Below the pieces are notes generated by a model that ran no database searches, was not told the origin of the DNA, and worked only from the letters and a program-made list of their open reading frames with translations. The translations under genes and the position numbers were made by a program. Positions 50,717 through 60,643 of a stretch of DNA of 64,000 nucleotides are shown piece after piece (position 1 is the first letter of the stretch; the number at the start of each line of letters is the position of its first letter). This stretch comes from Longimicrobiales bacterium (GTDB lineage: Bacteria; Gemmatimonadota; Gemmatimonadetes; Longimicrobiales; Gaopeijiaceae): assembly GCA_965238005.1 (NCBI GenBank), contig OZ250165.1, forward strand, positions 3,872,001 to 3,936,000, read 5' to 3'.

Positions 50717-51600
50717 CGATAAACGACGGCAGCCAGGACGCCCGTGTAGACGATGCCGAGAACGGCCTGAATCGTGCTTGGGATTTGGAAGTCGCTCGAC
50801 CCTCCATACGTGGCCGACGTCCCGGCGAATCCCCTCGCGCTGTGGAGGAGAGCCTCAGTCGCCGCCCCTACGATCGATGCTGCACTACCGTCAAAACCGA
50901 ACGCGCCAGCGTCGACGCCCAGATACCAACCAGCGAACGCGACCACCAGGACGAGGCCCAGCAAACCAATTTGCAGTAGGCTTTCGCCGTAGCCCCACAT
51001 CCAGCGTTCCATGTGGGAGACCACCAGGCGAAAGAAGGCTCCCACCCGGTCGAAATGACTGAATCGCGTCTTGAAGTAATCTTCCTTGTACCGAACCGTC
51101 GCCCACAACTGGCGCCGTCTCTGGTTCATTGATTCGAACAGGATCGACCGGGCCGAGGTCCCGTCTCCCTGCGTGATCGCATTCGTCCGGAGAGACTCCA
51201 GAACTTCGTGGCATACGTTAGGCCACTCGTATGGTAAGTGTGGACTCAGGGTGGCAAAGGGAATGGCGGTGTCTGACCATCTGGAGTAAGCAAACTTGCA
51301 TGCCGTGAACTGAACTTTGCGGAACTCGCAACCGGTGAACCTGCAGTCCTTGAAGTCGCAATGATCGAACGTCGTATGGCGGAAGTAACAGTCGACGAAC
51401 ACGCTGTGCGAAAAGTCGACGTGCTCGATCTCGCAATCTTCGAAGCGGACCCCCGTGAACAGGGCATACCTTAGAAGGCGGTTCTCTCCCTTCAATTGCA
51501 GCTCGACGTACCGCTCGTCTACAATGGCCGAGTTTTCCGATTCAGCGCCGAAGGGGCTCAGCGAGCCCTCGACCTTCTTCCGGGATCCCAGGTTGATCAC
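50692..51600 (-). CDS. Pentapeptide-repeat plus 2TM ion-channel protein, Hailong HalA-like
   Basis: About 11 Fxxxx repeats; WGYGES-TM1-pore-like segment-TM2; GGAGG RBS. Confidence 0.75.
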   Translation of the reverse strand: MINLGSRKKVEGSLSPFGAESENSAIVDERYVELQLKGENRLLRYALFTGVRFEDCEIEHVDFSHSVFVDCYFRHTTFDHCDFKDCRFTGCEFRKVQFTACKFAYSRWSDTAIPFATLSPHLPYEWPNVCHEVLESLRTNAITQGDGTSARSILFESMNQRRRQLWATVRYKEDYFKTRFSHFDRVGAFFRLVVSHMERWMWGYGESLLQIGLLGLVLVVAFAGWYLGVDAGAFGFDGSAASIVGAATEALLHSARGFAGTSATYGGSSDFQIPSTIQAVLGIVYTGVLAAVVYRWISIRQS

Positions 51601-52059
51601 GCCGCACCCTCCGTCCGGTGACCCTCGCTGGCGTCAGTCCGCATCGTCGAGACCCATGCTATACGCGGCTCATGATCGCATGCGCATTCCCCCACTCGCA
51701 AGGAGGGCGCTTCGCTCGTCATTCGGCAATGCTCTTCACGATCACCACGCCCCTGGCCATTGGTCGCTGTGGGGCGAACGGGGCAGCGCCCAGAGCGGCC
51801 GCATACCGATCATCCAATCCGCCCTCACCCTCGACGGCAGGTCGTTGCCGCCCTGGGGTGGGCGGCGTGTCTCAAAGGGCAACCACCCGTGCCCGCCAGT
51901 AGCCATGAGGTCACCCGAGTCCCCTCCCGTGCCGACCAGTCCCCGCCAGGTAACCGGAATTTTTGGGGTCCCATGTGGGGTACCAAAGCCCCCTTTTCGG
52001 GCCCTAACTCATCGGTACGAAAAGGCGGAAGCCCCTGTATTCCAAGGACTTCCGCCTAG

Positions 52060-52133
52060 TACCCCGCCAGGGACTCGAACCCCGAACCTACTGATTAAGA
52101 GTCAGTTGCTCTAGCCAGTTGAGCTAGCGGGGC
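52060..52133 (-). tRNA. tRNA-Lys(CTT), CCA not encoded
   Basis: GCCCCGCTAGCTCAACTGGCTAGAGCAACTGACTCTTAATCAGTAGGTTCGGGGTTCGAGTCCCTGGCGGGGTA. Confidence 0.97.
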
Positions 52134-52318
52134 AAAACCTTGTTACACAATCACTTAAGGTACTCGTAACACCATTCTCTATCCTACTGTATGTCCAATC
52201 GTATGTCCTAGTTCCGAGCCTTCCTCGTTTTTGTTGTGAATTTGCATGAGTTGTTTCAACTCTCCGAGTCCCCCGACATCGTGTCAGTTGGGTACCGCCA
52301 TGCCCTTTCGACTTGGGC

Positions 52319-52377
52319 GACTAACGTGCAGCTCAGCGGCGCGGCTTGTCCGCGTCCGCTGAAGTGCTTGGTTCGGC
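52319..52377 (-). other. Integron attC site (59 bp)
   Basis: GCCGAAC...CAGCGGAC...CCGCTGA...GTTAGTC imperfect palindrome. Confidence 0.8.
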
Positions 52378-52593
52378 TTCGAATCTCTTCCTTTCCTGTT
52401 TCCAGGATTTCTGTAGAAGGCGGTCCATAAAGGGAGAGACGGCGATTCCGACTCCTGCACCCCAACCGAGCAGAAATCCAGCCGCCGCAGTACCGATAGT
52501 CCACCAAGCAAGCCCGAAGATGAGGCCAAGAGCAATCCCGAGGATTGTTCCTAGGAAAGCCCCCAGGAGACCCAGCATCTCAGGCAACGTCAT
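52333..52593 (-). CDS. Small membrane protein in a gene cassette
   Basis: GAGGTG RBS, 2-3 TM segments, lies between two attC sites. Confidence 0.65.
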   Translation of the reverse strand: MTLPEMLGLLGAFLGTILGIALGLIFGLAWWTIGTAAAGFLLGWGAGVGIAVSPFMDRLLQKSWKQERKRFEAEPSTSADADKPRR

Positions 52594-52621
52594 GTCAAGA
52601 CACCTCTAATCATTCTGTGAG

Positions 52622-52681
52622 GCCGAACGCCTTGGCGATCAGCGGCCGCCGAAGCCGGTCCGCTGAAGCAGTTCGTTAGAC
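52622..52681 (-). other. Integron attC site (60 bp)
   Basis: GTCTAAC...CAGCGGAC...CCGCTGA...GTTCGGC imperfect palindrome. Confidence 0.8.
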
Positions 52682-52738
52682 GGAGCTCGCACGCCCGTTG
52701 CGACCACTCCGTGATAGCACCGGACGATCTTTTGAGTC

Positions 52739-52945
52739 TCACGCCTCAGCTTCGATTCCCCGTGTTCTCGCCCAATCGAGAACGGCAGCCCAAGCGCTCC
52801 TCACAGCCTCCCCTTCCGTCGGTGTCGGCTGCTTTCCCGCATACTCGGCAGCATTCCGCGCCTCGGTGACGACGATCATGAGCGCCACGGTCTCTCGCGG
52901 GATCACGTTCTCATTCTTAAGCCTCGTAATTATCGCCATAGGATA
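52739..52945 (-). pseudogene. 3' remnant of a cassette ORF with HEPN-like RNAAEY
   Basis: Ends shortly before attC; 5' part missing. Confidence 0.4.
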
Positions 52946-53052
52946 ACATGGAGTACGACCCACGGTCCGTCTAGGGTGGTACAATGACGGTGTGTTTCAG
53001 TGGGGTGGGTGGTGAGTGGTCCCCCCATCTGTCATCACATCGCCCGTAACAA

Positions 53053-53664
53053 TCACTTGAAGTTCAAACGCATCGTGAGCCGTCTCACCTTTGAGATCGT
53101 ATTTGGTGAGCAACCCATTAATTTCTGGATCTCTACCCCCTTGTAGCCTCGCTGGAGGTAATCGGTAATCCGCTGGATTCGGGGCTTCCGTAGAAACTTG
53201 GCCCTTCCCTCAACACTTCCGGGTTTCCGACCGACATAGGCCCCTTTCGCCTTCGCAATCGCTATCCCTTCCAGCTGTCTCTCACGGATCTGTGATCGCT
53301 CCATTTCGGCGACGACACCGAGTACACTGATCACGAGTCGAGAAGTAGAGTTCTGACGGCCATCGTCATCGAGAGTACGAAGTCCCTCCTTTTGAATACG
53401 AATGGGGACCTGGTGTTCGGTGAAGAGTTCGATGGTCTTTAGGATGTCGAGCAGATCCCGACCCAACCGGTCCAAGGAATGGACGACCAGTTCCTCTAAA
53501 TCTCCGGTGTTTATCGTGTCCACGACCATTCGTCCAGCTGGACGCTCTTGAAACGGTATTGATCCCGAACACCGATCTTCGAAAACCTTCATGCCCTCGA
53601 TCGACGTGAGTTGCCGATCAGTCTTCTGATCCAGTGAACTGACCCTAGCGTAGAATGCGATCAT
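53053..53664 (-). CDS. Serine recombinase (resolvase/invertase)
   Basis: YARVSS.DQ..DRQ, LDRLGR, AEMERSQIRERQLEGI, C-terminal HTH. Confidence 0.93.
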   Translation of the reverse strand: MIAFYARVSSLDQKTDRQLTSIEGMKVFEDRCSGSIPFQERPAGRMVVDTINTGDLEELVVHSLDRLGRDLLDILKTIELFTEHQVPIRIQKEGLRTLDDDGRQNSTSRLVISVLGVVAEMERSQIRERQLEGIAIAKAKGAYVGRKPGSVEGRAKFLRKPRIQRITDYLQRGYKGVEIQKLMGCSPNTISKVRRLTMRLNFK

Positions 53665-53685
53665 CCAATGTACCTCGTGAATCAT

Positions 53686-53724
53686 TACTATTTTAGGATA
53701 TACGGCCAAAACTCTAAAATAGTA
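53686..53724. promoter_or_regulatory. AT-rich inverted repeat, candidate res site
   Basis: TACTATTTTAG-17 nt-CTAAAATAGTA just upstream of the resolvase. Confidence 0.55.
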
Positions 53725-54146
53725 TATTTTCGACCATATTCCAAGACAATTTTCCTTGGTGGTTTGGTACGACGTTCTATCCTCGGAGGCCCCACGGTCC
53801 CTTGTAGGGGGGAGCTTCAACTCAGTTCATCACTGAATTCTCTACAGGTCGGTCCTGTGGAATTCCCCGAACACCTCGACTCGACAACCAAGCATCCACG
53901 AGATCTTGGTTCACGTTCTCATACCAGAGGGTGGTCTTCTCAAGTTTCTTCCCCTTCTTGAGACTACGACACCGTCCAATCGCCTTTTCCTTCCACCAGT
54001 CCACGACCTCCGGTCGAGGCCCCCTTCCGAGCCCTGTCTCACTGGGAGCGATAGCTCCTAATCCTGGCGCTCGACTGGTGGAAGACCCATGGTATGATCC
54101 GGCTGGTCTCCTTTTCGAGAGCCCGAGTCAGCTCGCGTTGCGACTC

Positions 54147-54225
54147 TACGGGGCCATGGGCGGCGCCCTTCAGCCCCAGCAGCACGTGCAGATCTTCCTG
54201 AACCTCGTCGAATTCGGAATGAACG
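54147..54225 (+). pseudogene. Gamma-glutamyltransferase remnant
   Basis: YGAMGGALQPQQHVQIFLNLVEFGMN. Confidence 0.55.
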
Positions 54226-54322
54226 AAACCAGACGTTCGTACGTCAGTACATGCGCGCGCGATCCGGTCAGGTGGGATTCAGCTGTGGATCCGCAGGTTG
54301 ACCAACTCGACTATGCTTTCGC

Positions 54323-55871
54323 CTATGACTCGGGCTCCGACGGCTTCGCCGCCCGGTGTAGCATCATGTTCAGCATGCGCACGGTCGCACCGACACCGGC
54401 GAGCACCTGATTGGCGCTGACGCCGCGCGTTCTCACGGTGCGCGGGCCGTCCCGCCAGGTGATGAACACCTCGGTCAGCGCGCTGGTGCTACCCCCCTTT
54501 GGGATGCGCAGCTCATAGTCCAGCAGCGTCGGGAATTCGAACCCTGGGGGGAATACCTTGCGGATCGCATCGATGAAGGCGTCGAATCCACCGTTTCCCG
54601 ACCCTGACGCTTCGTGGACCTCGCCGTTCACCTGGACCCCGATGCTCGCCGTTGACGCGTGGTCCAGCTCACTGGTGATGGAGCAGGTCAACACCTCGAT
54701 GTGGCGGAAATCCTTGCGCTCCAACACCGTCGGCGATGATGAACGGGAGGTCCTCCACGGTGATGGTGTGTTTGGAGTCGCCGAGGCTCACGATGCGTTT
54801 CAGCACCTCCGCCTGGTCCTCGGGGGAGAGGCTGATGTCCAGCTCGTCCAGATTCTTCTTCAGCGACGCCTTGCCGCTCATCTTGCCGAGCGCGTAGCTG
54901 CGCTTGCGGTCGAAACGCTCCGGGCTCAATGGCGTGTGATACAGGTCGCCCTTGTAATCGCCGTCGGCGTGGATGCCGCTGGTCTGGGTGAACACGTCGC
55001 TGCCGATCACGGGCGCGTTGTCGGCGACCCGCTTCCCCGAGAAGTTCTCCACCATACGGCTCAGCGCGAGGATCTTGGTCTCGTCAACCGCCAGCGTCAT
55101 TCCCATCTTGTCGCGCAGCGCGACCACTACCTCGGCCAGAGACACGTTGCCCGCCCGCTCCCCAAGGCAGTTGACCGTGCAGTGAATGGTGCGGATGCCG
55201 GCCTCGACCGCCCTCATGGCGTTGGCCGTGGCTAGCCCGTAGTCGTTGTGCGGATGAAAGTCGAACGTCTGTTCGGGAAACCTCGCGATCATGTCCGAAA
55301 CGCTCGCCTGGACGTCATCCGGCGTCATCACGCCCAACGTGTCGGGCAGCATGAGATGCGCGACTCCCGTCTTCCGCAGTCCCTCCACGAGGGCGTAGAC
55401 GTAATCACGACTGTCCCGGTACCCGTTCGACCAGTCCTCCAGGTACACGTTGACCTTGAGCCCCCGCTCGCGCGCGTACTCTACCGTGCGACGAATGTCT
55501 TCTAGATGCTGTTCGAGGGTTCGCCGCAACTGCATACGGCAGTGACGCTCGCTGCCCTTGGTGAGCAGGTTCATCACCCGCCCGCCGGTGGATACGATCC
55601 AGTCCGCACTGCGACGTTCGTCTACGAACCCAAGGATCTCGACCCACCCCAGGTAGCCTCCGGAAGCCGCCCACTCCGCAATCTGGGTGACCGCTTCTTT
55701 CTCACCCGCGGAGACGGCGGCCGAGGCAACCTCGATCCGATCGACACACAGGGAGCTGAGTAAAGCCCTGGCGATACTGATCTTTTCCGAGGTGGAGAAC
55801 GACACGTCGCGAGTCTGTTCGCCGTCCCGCAGCGTGGTGTCCATCAACTGAACGTGATCGCTCGTATTCAT
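54323..55871 (-). CDS. Citramalate/2-isopropylmalate synthase, frameshifted near 54730
   Basis: MDTTLRDGEQ, HPHNDYGLA, GERAGN, TQTSGIHADG; regulatory domain continues in another frame. Confidence 0.88.
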
Positions 55872-55969
55872 ACGTCGCTTTTCGCCACCCGGTCGGTCAC
55901 TCCACGTCACTGAGATTCACCGAAGAAACGCACGCGATGTCCGATCCCATCACCCGCCTGAATGTTTCC

Positions 55970-57530
55970 CTAGAAGACCGTCACAGGCATCGTCAGAAGC
56001 GCCCCGTATAGGTCGATGGCGTACCAGAGATTCGCGATCCGCAGGTTTTCGTCCGGGGCGTGCTTTGTTGTCGTGATTCGCCACTGGAACGATGATCGCC
56101 GGCTTTTGGGCGACTTCCGTGAAGAGGCTCAGCGGGAGCGTACCACCCATGCCGGGAGCGATCACTAATGACCCGGGCCCAAACGCACGGTCCGCCGCCG
56201 CGCTCGCGGCGGCCATGATGTTCTGAGCGAACGGATTCGCCATGGAGGTTCTCGCCGCAACCGATCCGCCTCCACCGGTAACCTTCGCGATCCTGGGATA
56301 GAGCAGCCGGGTCTCCATTTCGGGATCCTCGGTCACGACGTGGAAGCCCTGCCGCCGGATGTGGTCGATCACGAGCCCACGCATGTGCGCCGGGTCGTTC
56401 CCCTTCACGAGTCGAACGCCCAGCGCAGCCACAGCCGTATTGGGAATCACGTTGCGCGCGAGCGCACCGGTGTTTCCGCTCGTGATCCCGCGCACGTTAA
56501 GGGCCGGCACCAAGAGCCGCTCGGGGAGCGCCTCGGGCTCCCCTTCGGTCCACACGAGGCCAAGCTCTCGCTTGAGCTCCTCGTCCCAAGCGGGCATGCC
56601 CTCCAGGGCGGCACGCTCCTCCTCACCGATGGGCTCCACCGTGTCGTACCAGCCCTCAATGAGGACACTCCCCGTGTCATCCTTCATGGAGGAGAGAAGT
56701 CGAGCGAGGATGTTGCCGGTATCGGGTGCCCAGTTCCCGTAGTGCCCGGAGTGGAGATTCCTGCTCGCACCGTAGACCGTGACCTCCATCCCCATCGAGC
56801 CCCGGACGCCGAATACGATCTGAGGCCGGCCACTCGGATGCGCGGGGCCATCGAAGAAGAGCCAGATGTCGATATCCTCGATGCGGTCCTTCCAACGCTC
56901 CATGTACTCACCCAGATGCGGTGATCCCGCCTCCTCCTCTCCGTCCAGGAAGAAGATCAGGTTGGACGTCGGCGCGATGCCCGCCTCGCGAAGGGAGCGG
57001 AGCACCGGAAGGATCGCGGCGATGGGAGCCTTGTCGTCCCCAGCCGAGCGCGCGTAGATCCTCCACTCCGGATCGACCGCCTCCCCTTCCTCGGGAAGCA
57101 TCCGCGGCTCCCCTCCGGCCTCCATCCCCGCCGTATAGAGCGTCGGTTCGAAGGGGGGATGGGTCCAGTTGGTCGGATCCACCGCCTGGCCATCGTAGTG
57201 GACATAGATCCCGAGCGTTCGCACGGCTCCGGGCACCATCAACTCGCCGTACACGATCGGAGGGGCACCCTCGATCTCGAGAAGGTCCGAGTCTACTCCC
57301 TCGGCCAGCAGCTCATCGCGGATGTAGGCGGCGGCGCGGATATCCTCCGTGTCACGAGCGCGGTTCGGATAGGAGAGCAGCTCGGTGAAGTCCCGTAGGA
57401 TCGATACCTCATTGGCCTCACGGAAAGCGCGGGCGACCGCAGGCCCGGATTGGGCCGAGAGCGGAACCTCAATGAGGGTGAACAGCGTCACGAAGACGAT
57501 GAACCTGAAAGGGGAGACAAGAGCTGTCAT
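55970..57530 (-). CDS. M20-family metallopeptidase, frameshift near 56065
   Basis: HYDGQ, ARSAGDDK, GEEEAGS, LHSGHYG; tail HAPDENLRIANLW is in another frame. Confidence 0.88.
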
Positions 57531-57623
57531 CGATTTACGGCATTTGATCCGATAGGCGCTGCCAAGCCGCCGAGGTGGCCCGGGATCGAACCATACGCCG
57601 GAGTCGGCCTGCACGCGCCGAGC

Positions 57624-58535
57624 TCAGCGCAACGTCCGGTTGAAGAAGTCGACGGTCCGCTGCCAGGCCAACGTTGCCGCTGCTTCGTCGTAACGGGGCG
57701 TCGTGTCGTTGTGGAACCCGTGATTGACGCCCTCGTACATGTGCATCGTGTAGGTCTTGCCGTTGGCCTCTAGCGCGGCCTCGTAGGCCGGCCATCCGGC
57801 GTTGATGCGCTGGTCCAGACCCGCGTAATGAATGAGCAGAGGCGCGTTGATTCTGGGTACGTCCTCTACCGCGGGTTGACCCCCGTAAAAGGGAACGGAG
57901 GCGCCCAGATCAGGGATGCGCACAGCCATCATGTTGCAGATCCCTCCACCGTAGCAAAAGCCTACCACGCCCACTGCCCCGCTGCATTCCTCGTGGGATT
58001 TCAGGAAGCCTCCGGCCGCGACGAAATCCTCCTCCATCTCCTCGCGATCCCGCTGGCCCTGAAGGGTACGGCCGTCGTCATCGTTGCCGGGGTAGCCGCC
58101 GAGCGGCGTAAGCGCGTCGGGCGCGAATGCCAGGAATCCAGCGATCGCAGTACGGCGCGCGACATCCTCGATGTGCAAGTTGAGGCCGCGGTTCTCATGA
58201 ACCACGACGACACCCGGCAGGTCGCCGTTCGAATCCGCCGGTCGCACCAAGTATCCGCGCATCGTGCCGGCGCCCTGCGGTGAAGCGTACTCGACGTACT
58301 CTCCGCTTACCTGTGCGTCGTCACTCCTCACCTGCTGCCGTTCGGCGTATTTAGGGCTCAGGCTCTCCAACAGGGCGGTGGCGGAAACACCCCCGACGGC
58401 CAAGAACGCCGCTCCGTCGAGAAACTCACGGCGGTTGATGAAACCGTGAACGTAGCGGTCGAAAAGATCGAGAAGTCCCTGATCGAAGTCGCTTGCCTGT
58501 TTGCGTGTCAAGTCGGTCCTCACTTTTCGCTCCAT
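57624..58535 (-). CDS. Dienelactone hydrolase family (YghX-like)
   Basis: [24 protein letters not shown]. Confidence 0.92.
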   Translation of the reverse strand: MERKVRTDLTRKQASDFDQGLLDLFDRYVHGFINRREFLDGAAFLAVGGVSATALLESLSPKYAERQQVRSDDAQVSGEYVEYASPQGAGTMRGYLVRPADSNGDLPGVVVVHENRGLNLHIEDVARRTAIAGFLAFAPDALTPLGGYPGNDDDGRTLQGQRDREEMEEDFVAAGGFLKSHEECSGAVGVVGFCYGGGICNMMAVRIPDLGASVPFYGGQPAVEDVPRINAPLLIHYAGLDQRINAGWPAYEAALEANGKTYTMHMYEGVNHGFHNDTTPRYDEAAATLAWQRTVDFFNRTLR

Positions 58536-59058
58536 GGGCGGGTCCCACGCTCGGCGCAATTCACGGCGACTGGCCCGGGCTGGTTCTTTCCGCCGCAAAA
58601 GTAGCTGGGAAGGCCGGAGGGAGCCACACGAGTTACCTGTCGGGCGGGCCCGGCCGCCCCGACGGTTTCGTTCGCCGTGGCGTGGACGGTATGGTTGGCT
58701 CCGATGCCTATCCGGATCCGGACCGGGTCGTTCGCCTCTACGAGATCGCTCCCCCCGAATTGAGGACTGCAGTCTCTCAGGTGGTCACTGAGCCGGAGCG
58801 ACACCAGCTTTCCCCGCCACTTCTCGAGGATTTCAGAACCCACTCCTGGCGCACGATCGAGGTAGTATCGGCCTGGGCTACACTCCAGCCGGTCGAATCC
58901 ATAGTTGTCGCGCAGGTGGACCCCGATCTCCGCTGGTCTCCCCTGCGGGTGGTATGGCCATGGCCCTGGTCGGCGGCGGCTCTGGTCTCTTCGCGACGCT
59001 CGTCCCGGCACTCAGGGCCTCTTTCCCGTCCACGGGTGGACCAGAGCTCCGAAGTCGG

Positions 59059-60243
59059 CTAGAAGGCCGAAAGGCCGGTCACGGCCTGACCCAGGATCAG
59101 CCCGTGGATGTCGTGGGTCCCTTCGTAGGTATACACGGACTCGAGATTCGCCATGTGCCGCATGGAGTGGTACTCCACCAGGATCCCGTTGGCGCCCAGA
59201 AGCCGGCGGGCCTCCCGCGCGATGTCGCACGCCATGTCGCAATTCGCCCGCTTCGCCAGCGATACCTGTTGCGGGGTCACCGTTCCGGCGTCCTTCAGCC
59301 GTCCGAGCTGAAGGCACAGCAGCTGGCCCTGCGTGATCTTGGTCAGCATGTCGGCGAGCCGGACCTGCTGGATCTGCTTGCCCCCGATGGGCCCTCCGAA
59401 CATCACCCGCTCGGTAGCGTAACTCCGGGCTTCGTCGAAGCAGGCCATGGCGGCCCCCACGGCTCCGAAGGCGATGCTATAGCGGGCCTGGGTGAGGCAC
59501 TTGAGGGGGTTCTTGAGCCCCGTGGTCTCGGGCAGGAGTGCGCTGTCCGAAAGATGGACTTCCTCCATGTGTAGCTCGCTCGTGTCGGACGCCAGGAGCG
59601 AGAGCTTGCCCTTCTGGTCGCGGGCCGAGAAGCCGGGCGTGTCCGTGGGCACGATGAACCCTCGAATTCCATCGAGATCGCCGATCTCGCCGATCTGGGC
59701 CCAGACGATGGCCACGTCGGCCATGGAGCCGTTGGTGATCCACATCTTGGTGCCGTTCAGGAGCCACCCGTCGTCGGTCCTCTTGGCCGTGGTGATCATC
59801 CCGCCCGGGTTCGACCCGTAGTCGGGCTCGGTGAGGCCGAAGCACCCGATCTTCTCCGCAGACGCCAGCTTGGGAAGCCACTCCCGCTTCTGCTCCTCGC
59901 TTCCGAACGCGTAGATCGGGTACATGACCAGGGCGCCCTGCACGGACGCGAAGGAGCGGATGCCCGAGTCGCCCCGCTCGAGCTCCTGATTGATGAGCCC
60001 GTAAGCCACGTTGTTGAGTCCGGCGCAGCCGTACTCCTCGGGAAGGTTGGCGCCGATCATCCCCAGCTCGGCGAGCTCGGGGATGATCTCCTTCGGGAAG
60101 CGGCGTTCGATGTACGCTTCAGCGATGAGGGGGATGACCCGGTCTTCCACCCACTCCCGCACGGTGTCCCGGATCATGCGCTCCTCCTCACTGAGGAGGC
60201 TGTCGACGTCGTAGAAATCTATCCCCTGGTACTTGCCTGCCAT
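59059..60243 (-). CDS. Glutaryl-CoA dehydrogenase-like acyl-CoA dehydrogenase
   Basis: ELERGDSG.RSF.SVQ, CFGLTEPDYGS, KMWITNG, TYEGTHDIH. Confidence 0.9.
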   Translation of the reverse strand: MAGKYQGIDFYDVDSLLSEEERMIRDTVREWVEDRVIPLIAEAYIERRFPKEIIPELAELGMIGANLPEEYGCAGLNNVAYGLINQELERGDSGIRSFASVQGALVMYPIYAFGSEEQKREWLPKLASAEKIGCFGLTEPDYGSNPGGMITTAKRTDDGWLLNGTKMWITNGSMADVAIVWAQIGEIGDLDGIRGFIVPTDTPGFSARDQKGKLSLLASDTSELHMEEVHLSDSALLPETTGLKNPLKCLTQARYSIAFGAVGAAMACFDEARSYATERVMFGGPIGGKQIQQVRLADMLTKITQGQLLCLQLGRLKDAGTVTPQQVSLAKRANCDMACDIAREARRLLGANGILVEYHSMRHMANLESVYTYEGTHDIHGLILGQAVTGLSAF

Positions 60244-60292
60244 GGGTTTGCCTCGCAGCTGCGTTTGGTCGGTGGGAACCCGCAGGCTGAAA

Positions 60293-60643
60293 CTAGTGGG
60301 GATCCTGCCCTGGTGGAACGGCCTCAACGGCGTGGCGGTTGCCGATGCGCGCCGTGGCGTAGAGAACCTCCCGCGCCACCCGTGCGCCGACGTAGAAGGC
60401 GGCCAAGACCGTCCCGACCCATCCGCCGATCACGAGGTTGGAGGGTACAACGTAAAGCCAGATCCAGAGGGAGACGATGACGGCGATGACCAAGCCCACG
60501 ACCCAGCTCTGTGAGGTGGCCCGGGCCCGGGCGGCTTCGCGGCAAGCCTCGCACCACAGCATTCGGTCGAGATCCGGCCGTCGCTTCATCTCGAGGCAGC
60601 GGACACAGGCCACCTCGTCCGGGTCACTCGTTCCCCAAGTCAC
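60293..60643 (-). CDS. Small membrane protein with two CxxC motifs
   Basis: CVRC, CEAC, two TM segments; overlaps upstream stop. Confidence 0.7.
   Translation of the reverse strand: MTWGTSDPDEVACVRCLEMKRRPDLDRMLWCEACREAARARATSQSWVVGLVIAVIVSLWIWLYVVPSNLVIGGWVGTVLAAFYVGARVAREVLYATARIGNRHAVEAVPPGQDPH

Larger units (their letters stand above)
45090..52103. mobile_element. Integrase-less genomic island at tRNA-Lys carrying two defence-like operons
   Basis: 42-bp direct repeats, TGGGGTCCC tandem sites near both ends, lower GC, no recombinase inside. Confidence 0.85.

Noticed and set aside
51601..51940. Possible ncRNA upstream of the HalA-like gene
   Set aside because: No convincing stem structure or known RNA motif by eye, and no reverse transcriptase nearby.
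51941..51950. CCCCGCCAGG matching the start of the att core
   Set aside because: Only 10 bp of GC-rich sequence with no extension; likely chance.
58493..59062. Plus-strand ORF between the hydrolase and acyl-CoA dehydrogenase
   Set aside because: No motif and unclear start; cannot be supported.
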